From: Eledone cirrhosa
Taxonomy: Eukaryota
Reading direction: 5' to 3'
Length of the DNA stretch: 64,000 nucleotides
NCBI GenBank assembly: GCA_964016885.1
Contig: OZ024740.1
Span: 88,288,001 to 88,352,000 of the forward strand
Both the position numbers and the translations under genes were made by a program. Shown here in pieces: positions 51,085-64,000 of the stretch. Under the pieces are notes generated by a model. It was given only the letters and a program-made list of their open reading frames with translations, was not told where the DNA came from and ran no database searches. Every line of letters starts with the position of its first letter. The stretch's first letter is position 1.

Positions 51085-53673
51085 AAGCAATGACTTCATC
51101 TTTACCTCATCATTTCTACCACCACCACGATTACCACCACCACCACCACCACCACCACCACCACAACCACCACCATTATCATCATCATCACGAAGCTCTC
51201 TCGCCTTTGAGGCAAATAATTAAGAAAATGTATTTCTAATTTTTGAAAAATAGTAGAAATAAAACAAATAAAACAAAGAATATCACGAGAAAGAATTCAT
51301 TAAATTTTTGTGTTAGTTTTTTTCTATTTCTTTGATTTTGTTTGTGAAATAACATTTATTATTATTAACTTCAATAAATATTTTAACGATGATAAAATCA
51401 AAAAATATATATCTAAAAAACAAAAACATTGAGAGAACCTCATAACTTTCCTACAGAAATACACAATAGATATTATAATTTTTTCTGTTGTTTTTTCTTC
51501 TGATCTTTATCGATTTTTGTAATTTCATTATAGAAATGTGTGGTAGATGACAGAATCGGCAGAGCGCTAGAACAAAATGCCAAGCGTCTCCTTGTGTGGA
51601 CAGATATCAGGAAATAAAGTTAAGTGCCCCTTTCCATTCTGTTAATATATTGAACAATGTTTTGCGTCACCTAATATGCCGTCTGTTAATATGCCGGACA
51701 ATATGTGAAGCGTTTCTTTATATTTTGCCAAACTACTTGGGTAATACCAAGCGTCCTTTTGCGGTTGTGCTAAAAATACTGGTTATTGATTTTGACCTAA
51801 TTTAAGATACCAAAGTGACATGGGAATGTAATTTGTAATCCTCTTTCTGTTATTGTGGAATATTCCAAATCCTTACACCCCTTCTCCTTTGCCTTTTGTT
51901 ACATCACCCCTTGATATCTGAATGTTTCTAGAAATATTACAAAAATATGTACTAATATGTAAAAAGATTTAATATGGACACGGAATAATAGCTGTCATAA
52001 TATCGCCTATTTGTCGGGTTTCAGAAAATTAACATTGGTTCCAATCCCTCTCAGAATTTTCGAATTTAATAACATAAAGACAAGTGCTCTCTTCAATAAG
52101 CAAAATGTTAGGGACGTATGGGAATGTGAATTATTCATATAATACTTTAAATAATGAAAGAAGCATAACTCTGTCGGTTTCAACTATGAGTATTCCAATA
52201 GAACAGCCTCCTTGTGGCTAAGGATTCCACAGACACGCGATTCCTTAACGTAATTCCCAGGGGACATCAGCGTAATAAGTGTGTGACAGGTTTGGCTCTT
52301 TAAAGTTTTGGTACAGTCCACCTTACAAGCTTCCAGACAGGTTCTGTCTACCAAGATCCCCTTTAAAATCATGTGCTGAGTCGAGGTTATTAATGACACA
52401 TTCCTAAAATATCACAGAGTGAGATCGAAAATAGGAACTTATGTTTGCTACGCAATCTTGTTAACCATTCGGTCATACTGTATATTTTGATAACCTTGAA
52501 TGACTGAATTATCAATATCTATGATAGAAGGTAAGGTTCGTAAGCCCAAGAAATTACTGGTGGTTTGACCAGCGAGAATTCATCTCAACAAGTTTTGTGA
52601 TGATAAACTTTGAGGAGAATGGCGAGAAGACGGTATTCAGGGAAGAAACCTCTCTCAATCAAGAGGTTTCAGCCATTAACTTCTTCATTTTCTGTGAGGA
52701 GGGAAAATGAAGCATTTCGAATAAGTGTGTTTCCTCTCCGAAGAACTCATTAACGCACAGTAATTAGTTTTAGCTACAATCTTTCAGAATTTATATAAAT
52801 GAAACGAAAATTGATTAGACAATGGATATTTATGGAAAATAGATTCTGGAAGCAGTTTACATAGTTTTCTTGCTGTTGTTGTTTATCCCTGTGTCCGCAC
52901 CTACCAGAAGCATTCCTGTTGTGATTATTGCACCTATTTGTAAAATCCAGGACGACGTGGTCCAAGGTTCAGGTTTTTTTTTTTACGACGGTCGACAAGA
53001 AACGAAAGGCGAACGATCCCAAAGATTATATCATTTCTTTACATGGCACAAGGCGTGATGTTCATGAATTTTTAGAATACATTTAAAACTTTAGGTTTTT
53101 ATAAATCATGTGAGACATCTTCGATTTCTAGGTGAAATCCTCTCGCGATGTTTGTTTACTGAGAAAGGGCCACATAGTTCGTTCAAGTTTTGGATGATAT
53201 AAAGAAATGTCAGGTTAGTATATGGTCACACTGTCTCGCACTAACAACTTAAGCTATAGTTGACGACAACGACAACAAGTTTAAATGTTGAAAATTCAGT
53301 TTACCGTCCTGGCCCTGAATCTTGGGCGCTTTTAACCCAGTATAACATCTCACATGCTCCGATCGTCAGCAACTGAACCGACAACTCCAACAAGGAAGGT
53401 GATTTTTTGGACTACATAGCCTTACAAAGGGAAGAGGAACTCAGGAGAGTCAAATACTGTGTAACAAAATGGTTAGAGAGAACTTAGTAGCTTTGATTGA
53501 CAGACTGGTTTTAGAAGGATTACTCTAATTTAAAAACCGGGATAGATGGGATCACATTTTCAGTGGTCAACAGTTTCATCCTTGGCATAAAGGTGGATGA
53601 GAGGTAGCTCGGTAGTCAGCTTCCAAATGATGGTCGAACAAGCATTGGGGACACACCGACGTCATTTTTATCC

Positions 53674-53730
53674 GAATTCTTGTCTGATGACCTTGTGATA
53701 AACAGGCGAAACTCAAGGGTAACAAGATTC
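53674..53730 (+). ncRNA. Type I hammerhead ribozyme motif
   Basis: TCTTGT-CTGATGA-C-CTTGT(GATAA)ACAGG-C-GAAAC-TC(AA)GG-GTA-ACAAGA. Stem I is a perfect 6 bp, the CUGAUGA and GAAA cores are intact, and the cleavage triplet is GUA. The first stem II pair is C-C rather than G-C. Confidence 0.7.
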
Positions 53731-53961
53731 ACTAATCAGCCTAAATAAAATGAATATATATATATATATATATAGGAAAATGTTTGACCCCGACGGCAGA
53801 ATTCAAGCCGTTTCGACGGCTATAGTCCAGAAATAGCCGTCGAAACGGCTTGAGCTTTGCCATCGGGGTCAAACATTTTCCTATTACCCACTCTACTACC
53901 CTAAGTATTGAGTACTCTGGTGCGTTATGGTCCATCTGGTTCCTTACCACACCTCCTTCAT

Positions 53962-54007
<46 letters not shown>

Positions 54008-54576
54008 AATGTATATATAGAAAAGAGTCAGGACCCCGACGGCAGAGCTCAAGCCGTTTCGACAGCTATTTCTGGACCATATATCTACATGTGTGTGTGT
54101 GTGTATGTCATTCACTATTTTGTATTGATTAAATGCTCAGATTTATTCTTTGAGCTTATTCTTAGGGTATACGTCGCATGTTTGAGATTATCTCAAATAT
54201 AACATTTAAAATTTTAAATGTAATATATATATGCTCCTACTTGGTTGAGCTTCTACTATGTTGAGAGAGTAGGCTGCTATTTCTAGTTGTCTTTAAACCC
54301 TTTCACATCACTGTGACAGTGATAGTATACGGTGATTTTTGATAACATCATGTGCTTCTTTCGTTGTTCTCAGTTCTGTATTTTTCGTGTGTGAGTTCAC
54401 ATGGATTGATTCTCCTTTACTGACGATACAGATCGATCATCTAACTGCACTTATATTTTTGGTGAAACGTATTCTGAAGGATACGGATAAAGGAGAAAAA
54501 AATGTTTATCAGGTATCTATATTTTAAATTTTTGTAAAATTTTATTATGATACCGAATTGAACCATGTGTTCTTAC

Positions 54577-54629
<53 letters not shown>

Positions 54630-54864
54630 TAGGGTGTGGTAAGACCAGGTAGACCATAACCCACCTGAGTACTCGATACTTGAGGTAGTAGAGTGGGTAA
54701 TATAAAAGATTCATGACACCGACGGCTGAGGTATGGCCGTTTCCACAGCTAGCTCAGCCGGCCGTCGGGGTCCTGAATCTTTCATGTATATATATATGCA
54801 AGTTCAATTGAATTAGTCGCTTTAGTCGTATTATTGGCTACAGAACATAGTCTAATAAAAAGGC

Positions 54865-56661
<1,797 letters not shown>

Positions 56662-57059
56662 CAAGGTGTTTGATATGAAATTGTGTGTTGAAATAAATAT
56701 TGTTATATTTGGTGTTGGTCATATTGTTATAATATTGCCAGAAATAATAATAAAACACACTCACTATTTGGTTTGGATTAGTTTTCGCTTCTGTATCTTT
56801 TATATCTCCATAGTTAATTTATCTGGCAAACAACGTTTATCATTGATTGACCAAAGGTTAGAAATAAAGTTATAAATATATATATATAGTCTATCAGAGT
56901 TCTTTCGTCACACATATGTGACATCATCAGTGGTACTATTATGTTTCCTCCCATTGTATTGTAATGTCTACGCCAGCGAAAACCAATCAAAACCAAACCG
57001 TGAGTGTGTTGTATTATTATTTCTGGCAATATTAAAACAATATGACCCTCCCCAAATAT

Positions 57060-57091
<32 letters not shown>

Positions 57092-57540
57092 TGATCTACA
57101 CCTATCAAGCGCTGGGACATGGAACCACCCGGAATATAAACCCGCGCCTGTACCTAAAATAAGCCCCCACCTTACACTCCTATCCAAACACCCACACTTT
57201 TCCCAGGAATTAACCTGCAGCGAACCTGGAGCCTCAGTCCATTCTCCTACCCCTCACCAAGCGTATCCACTTAATATTTACATTGTACCATCAACCAGCC
57301 ACTACTGACCTCGTAAGTTACCTTTCACATACTATACTTCTTATATGTATATGTGCAGATAGTTTTACCACCCCCTTTTCCCTGATGCCTGTATGGGCAT
57401 GTGAATGTGGCACGTACATATGTGGGCGCATGCGTATAATACAGGTAGACACGCATGCACAGATAATTTTACCAACCCCTCTCCCCATATGGACATGGAT
57501 GAGCATTTTGGACTGTATGGAATGCATATGTGTATGGATA

Positions 57541-57609
<69 letters not shown>

Positions 57610-57728
57610 GCATATGTTTGTACATTACTGTGCATATAGGTGTACAGGCAGCTATGTGTGTGTGGATTTATGCGTGTATGTATGTGTCCATGTATGAATG
57701 TGCTTGTGTATATGCAGTATGTATACCC

Positions 57729-57912
57729 ATAATTGTTTCTACTTTTGGCACAAGGCCAGTAATTAGCACAGTGCATTACTGGTGCTTTATTTTATCGACC
57801 CCGTAACGATGAAAGGAAAAGTCAATCTCGGCGGGATTTGACCTCAGAAATAAAAGTGCCATAACTCCATGCTGCAAAGCATGATATCTGACATTCTACC
57901 GATACTGCCAAT
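57729..57912 (-). mobile_element. SINE family A, near full length
   Basis: Reverse complement of the family consensus. Confidence 0.85.
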
Positions 57913-58606
57913 ACACTTTATCACAGTTTGCCACCCTATATTGTCCACTTCACCCATTTTTAAACCCTTAAATTTTACTGGAGCTTATCTTATCTTATTG
58001 TATGCTATTCACTCATCTACTTACTAATTTACTTAACCATTTGTTCACTTCTATGTAACACACTTTTTATTTTATTCTGTTCTTAAAAATACTCCTTCAA
58101 ACTCGAAGCCCTCTATACATCACCCCTATTCTTATGTCCATTATTCCCCAACTCCTCCTACTCCACTCCTACCCACACCCCTACAATTTCTTTCTCCTGA
58201 CACCTTCCCTGTCTAGATACACTTACCATTCGCTGCCCAACCTCACATATTCCATCAGCCCAGCTTACTACTATGATAAATTCGACAAAAGCCCTACCAT
58301 GACTACTGACATTTTGATACACCCTGCAAATATTATTACATCCTTGTAAAAGGCTTGCTGAACAAGCAAGCCTAAGCCACTTGGTGTCGCGGTCGGGATT
58401 TAACATAATTATCTTTCTCTCTCTGCATATATACATATATATATGATGATTTCTCCCGAATGAAACAGTTCTAGTCCTGTAGAAGACTATTCTATATAAA
58501 ATACTTATACTCTGCTTTTTATTGACTATCTTAGTTACCGATTGAACCCGGGATAAACAAAGCATGATATCTGACATTCTACCGATACTGCCAATACACT
58601 TTATTA

Positions 58607-58644
58607 CGCGCTGAAGATCCGCTAAGGTGAAACAATTGTTCTCG
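58607..58644 (+). ncRNA. Minimal type I hammerhead ribozyme motif (Penelope pLTR type)
   Basis: CGCG-CTGAAGA-TCC(GCTAA)GGT-GAAAC-AATT-GTT-CTCG with palindromic stem III ACAATTGT. Homologous to 3582-3620, including downstream AACTAACTGTTGTG. Confidence 0.6.
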
Positions 58645-58675
58645 ATATGGTGAACTAACTGTTGTGTTACCACTT

Positions 58676-58729
<54 letters not shown>

Positions 58730-58758
58730 CGATTCTTTGCTTAAACTTTAATCAGTTA

Positions 58759-58836
<78 letters not shown>

Positions 58837-58839
<3 letters not shown>

Positions 58840-59551
58840 TGGCGGACTGGCCAGTTTGCCAGGTTGCCCAATGGCAAGTGGGCCCCAGGGAGCCCATGGC
58901 AGCATTGCAGGAGCCCACAGTAGCATTGCAGGGCCCACTGTAGTATTTTAATGGAACACATAAATGATTTAGAAGTCGATCTTAAGAAGAAACAATAACA
59001 TTAAGAAAGACATGAACGACACCACATCGTTTTCTTTTGAACATTTTAAAAATAGTTTATAAGTATGAATTTTCATAGGGTTTTCATATTTGTCTCTGTG
59101 GCCTATCGGTAGGTACTAGAGACGGTAGAGATGCTCGCCTTGGGTTCAATTCTGGTCAAGTTTTTATTTTACAACCCATAGAAAAAACTGAAAAGGTTTA
59201 CTGGAACCCTACTTTCGACCAGGATCGAACTTCAAACCAGGATTACCACCGTCTATGATTCCTCCCACTAGGCCACCGAGATGGCTACAAAAGTATAACG
59301 AAAATTTATAATTATAAACCTACTTTCAAAATCAAAGTTAAAAAGATGTGGTGTCGTTCATGGCTTTCTTAGAGCTATTAGTAATATTTAGCGTTGACTT
59401 CTGCAAAAATTTGATTGCACTGTTTTGCTTCCACTTATGTAATTTTTGAAAATGTGATTTATTCATTATAAAAATTAAATTATAGCATTCTATATGTAGA
59501 TGGGCCCCCTTCATCTCCTGGCAACCAATATTTAGACCCAGTCCGCCACTG
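58837..59551. mobile_element. Non-autonomous hAT-like DNA transposon
   Basis: 14-bp TIR CAGTGGCGGACTGG / CCAGTCCGCCACTG, GGGCCC-rich subterminal repeats, inserted in (TA)n. Confidence 0.8.
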
Positions 59552-59751
59552 AATATATATATATATATATATATATACAGATAGCTTATCATGGTTGATC
59601 AAGTGGCTTGCTACTCTGGGGTTTTATCTGCGTACTGTCGAGTAATAAGTCACTGAATCATTCTTAAAACACTGTTAATATTGATATTGTATTGAGTATA
59701 CTCGCTTTCACCAATACTAAAATGGCACCCCCCCCCCCCCCCCCCACACAC

Positions 59752-59799
<48 letters not shown>

Positions 59800-61040
59800 T
59801 ATAATTCTAACTGAAATAAATAATAGACAAATGTGATGGAAGTAGGATTCTCATCGACAGTAATACTATTGCAAATGATTGAATTATAGCAATGCTTACC
59901 ATACTACGAACTACTTCAAAAAACAACATCAATATTCCCAGCAGCAACAACGCCACCACCACCACCACAACTATCACCATCACCACCACCACCACCATCA
60001 TCATCACCAGCACCACCAGCACCATCACACTGATTTCAGCAGTAGTAGCAGAATAGGTAGAAAGAAACAGCTTTTTTTCTCATGATCTAACTGATGTCAT
60101 ATGATGAAAGGAGGATGTCTGAAGTATAAACGTCAACAGTAAGAATAAAGACAAACAATAATTCAGATATGAAATAATTGAATCTTTAGATTATTGAAGC
60201 TTCCCGTTATTTTTTTACAATGATGCTTGACACATTTGACATTTCCCAAGAGGGTGGAGAAAACAGAAACTGAAATAGACAAACTATTTATTTATTCTTT
60301 TGATTTATTCCATATTTGTTGTTGTTGTTTATTTTAGTTCGGAAATTGAAAGTAACATTTAACACCAAATCTACATCGTTGACGGCAGTCGTTGTTAAAT
60401 CTGTATGAAACCAAAGAATATTGTCACTTTTGTAACAAATACTTGCTGCGATTATTTGTTTACAACCGTTAGTTATTGAAAGAAGAAAAAATATTAACAG
60501 AGAAAAAAATAGTAACAATATTTATTAGATGTTGAAAACTTAAATCTCTGTTCGTTGTCAATTTACCATTAACACAATATTGCTTGATACATGTTAAATA
60601 TTGCAGTACCCAACTAGGATGGCAAAACTCGGATACAGATAGTGGCTTAAGCTATGTTTCATGTCTACACGCTATGATTTGTTTTCAATTTATCCTATTT
60701 GATATCTTAAAAATTTCGTTCTTATAGCTAAAAATACGATTCAATATTATATTAAATTATAAACCAAGAGCCAAACAATGTCTGCACTTTCTATTTAATA
60801 TTCACCATTTTCCTTTTTACTTTTTTCTCTCGTGTTTCTGTTTTTTTCTTCATTTAATTTTTCCCGATTGTCTCACGCTCTCTATTGAATTCTCTTCTCT
60901 CTGATAGAGAGTAAGTCCCCAAAATGATATAGACACTTATTTATTTCCATTTTTCATTTATGCTTTAAAATATATTGTACTGTGTTCTTTGCGATTGCTT
61001 TTATTACTTGTTGACTGTTGTTGACCTTGAACTATATATA

Positions 61041-61400
61041 CGAGGGTCGGTTGAAAAGTTCATAGGATGACTGAGAAGGAGTGAGGCTAGAGCTGTGAAA
61101 TCTTGCTTGGCAGTATCGGTAGAGGGCCGGGCGCCATGCTTTGCAGGATAGAGTTACGGTCTTTTACTGTCTGAGTTCAAATCCCGCCGAGGTTAACTTT
61201 GGCTTTCATCCTTACGGGGTCGCTATAATAAAGTACCAGTAATGCACTGGGATAATTGCTGGCCTTGTGTCAAAAGTAGAACAATTAACTTCAACTCTTT
61301 TAAATTATAACTTCATTGTATTTTAATAGGTAAACTGACATTTGGCTGTTCAAAAAATACTTCCAATATAACTAGTAGCGAATTCCCTTGCACATGACAA
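61041..61400 (+). mobile_element. Mariner-type element left end, interrupted by SINE A (61107-61286)
   Basis: TA|CGAGGGTCGGTTGAAAAGTTC resembles mariner TIRs. No partner TIR was seen. The SINE has intact A and B boxes. Confidence 0.55.
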
Positions 61401-61525
61401 TGAATACTCAATAACATAGTAGAGATTAATACATATTATACTTTATTAAGGCTAAGCTTGAGTCTTGATACTCAGGGGATTCTCTTGTGTAATCACATGG
61501 TCGCTTCACATGACTGGGAGTGAGA

Positions 61526-61568
<43 letters not shown>

Positions 61569-62701
61569 TGAGCGCGCGCGCGTGTGTGTCTGTGTGTCTG
61601 TCTCTGTGTCTGTGTGCGTGTATGTGTCTACACACACACACACACATATATATATATTATTAAGGTTATATATCTCATAGTAATCATATGCAAGCACACC
61701 TCTTAATCTCCAGAGCATTGCATCGATAAACAGCTTTCCTACATTTGCCTAATCTCTGTCTATTTTCGGGTTTTGACTTTTGCAATAATCATTATGTATT
61801 ATCTTGTCTGTCCATTAAACAAACCATTTATTCTGTGTTTCTCTCCAATTATAAACATGTACTATTGTTATCTTTGTTTTCAGTTTTTACATAGAATTAA
61901 CACCAAAGAATTAGAGGGAAATAAATAAGACGCTGTGGCAACTATCCTTTTCTCAAGAATTCTTATCGACGTTAGTGCATCAAAATGTCTAATATGCATT
62001 TGAAACTAGACCACAAGTTTGCTTTCATTAACATTTGCTTCTCAAAAACATTATTTTGCTGGGCATGTGACCAATGAAAAATAAAATGAGAAATAAGTTG
62101 CTAAGGTGCTCTTCTTTGAAAAACGAAGCAATTTCACCCGAAGATTGAAGCTAATTTAGTATCTGTTTGCTGGGAGATAACTACATAATTAACATACAGT
62201 AGTCCATATCTGTTAAGGCTGTGATATACATAGATATTATAGCACAAAACGTTTGCATTCGGAGATAATATACTGTATTCGTAGAGCATAAAATTAAGAG
62301 CATATGAAACAACGTACACTCGTTCGGATCGATCACTCCATCACAATGTGTTAGGAAACAGCAGGATAGAAGAGTTTACAACATACATATAGGCTGGAGT
62401 TTGTTAATATATTAACTGCTATTGTATATCAATGAGACGAAACGATGTGCGTTATATTTATTGGAGAATCGTTTCGTTTTAACCCGATAACCATTATCCC
62501 TGAACAGACAAGATGAAACCTTGAGCCATTGCAGAGGGCAACATATTTGTTAAATATTATTCAATTATCAAATTTTCTTCATAGTAATCCACTGATAGTC
62601 ATTCACATTGGAACACTGACTCCATTACATACACACACACACCCACACACCACACACATATATACCTATACATACATATATAATATATATATATACATAT
62701 A

Positions 62702-62807
<106 letters not shown>

Positions 62808-62897
62808 AGGTGTGTGTGGGCGCGCGTGTGTGTATGTGTGTGTGTGCGTGTATGTGGTGTGGCACACACACATATATATATATACCTATACATACAC

Positions 62898-62981
<84 letters not shown>

Positions 62982-62996
62982 TATATACACACACAG

Positions 62997-63043
<47 letters not shown>

Positions 63044-63293
63044 GAACGAGTTGGACCCCGACGGCTGAGCTCAAGCCGTTTCGACGGCTAATTCTGGACT
63101 AAAGGAACATTTTTATCCTGGTATTTGAATAGCCGAGCTTCTCAAGGGGTAATTCCATATATGGTCAAAGTGATTGTCACAGGGATTGGTCAAATGTTTG
63201 TAGTTGAGACATAGTAATTCTATGATGGCAATTTGTGGAGGGAAGGGGTAGCTAAACCTGCCAGTAGGAGAAAGAGGGAGAGGGGGAGGAGGA

Positions 63294-64000
63294 GACCCAT
63301 TAATGCGTTGATAGTGCCGGCTACAGCTGGGCGTGAGGTCAAAGAAGATACTAGGGAGGGGGAGGGAGAGGAAGTCGAAACAGTAAGTAGAACAATAAGG
63401 GGTAAATATATAGAAAAATACTGAGTGTTAAAAAGCAATTAAATGTAAAAAAAAAAAAAAAAATTTACTTTTACTTCGGTACGAGCTTTTATGTAGCTTG
63501 CACTAGAACTTTTGTATCGTGGCGGCACCCTTAGAGATAGTATTAGTATTCTTTTTCGGGACTCTGAATTATTATTTTGTATTAGTTTACTTTTTTGCAC
63601 TGGGTGGTTGCTGGCCTTGTGCCTGGGTAGTAACTTTTATTATTTCGTGGTAGTTCCTTTAGTATTTTGGCCCATCACTTGTTGACCCGTCACCGTAAGA
63701 TATACTCAGTTTATTACTTATACCTCTTAAAAGGGTCTCATTTTAATTCCGTCCCACCTAGTATATATTTTTTTAGCCTAGCAATAGTGAGAGACTTAGG
63801 TCGTAGTAACCAGAAATTTTTTTTTAATTTTTTTAAATTTTTTTTTTTACATTTAATTGCTTTTTAACACTCAGTATTTTTCTATATATTTACCCCTTAT
63901 TGTTCTACTTATTGTTTCGACATCCTCCCCTCCCCCTCCCTAGTATCTTCTTTGACCTCACGCCCAGCTGTAGCCGGCACTATCAACGCATTAATGGGTC
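63294..64000. repeat. Inverted repeat (63294-63456 / 63841-64000) running off the window end
   Basis: GACCCATTAATGCGTTGATAGTGCCGGCTACAGCTGGGCG... and its reverse complement at the window end. Confidence 0.9.

Noticed and set aside
60288-60518. 76-aa minus-strand ORF resembling a signal peptide
   Set aside because: It has no ATG start, the hydrophobic stretch comes from a T-rich tract, and I see no recognisable domain or convincing exon boundaries. RNA-seq would be needed to revive it.

Overview
Eukaryotic, AT-rich DNA with dense microsatellites and no recognisable intact host gene. The SINE families and repeat landscape suggest an octopod cephalopod, but that is inference. The window is almost entirely transposable elements: three Penelope-like elements (one with an uninterrupted 677-aa RT+GIY-YIG frame); four Tx1/L1-clade LINE copies, all bounded by (TCTA)n-type sequence and three of them in a head-to-tail stack, plus an ORF1-only relative; two R4/Dong-like LINE copies; an RTE LINE with three C2H2 fingers and several non-autonomous derivatives, all in (CATA)n tracts; about 18 copies of a tRNA-derived SINE; tandem non-autonomous Helitrons; Tc1/mariner and hAT MITEs; and a SINE-disrupted PIM-kinase processed pseudogene. 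The most interesting signals are the apparent partitioning of microsatellite targets among retroelement families, several hammerhead-type and one HDV-like ribozyme candidates, and frequent fold-back inversions. All family assignments come from reading motifs by eye, and coordinates are approximate at element edges.
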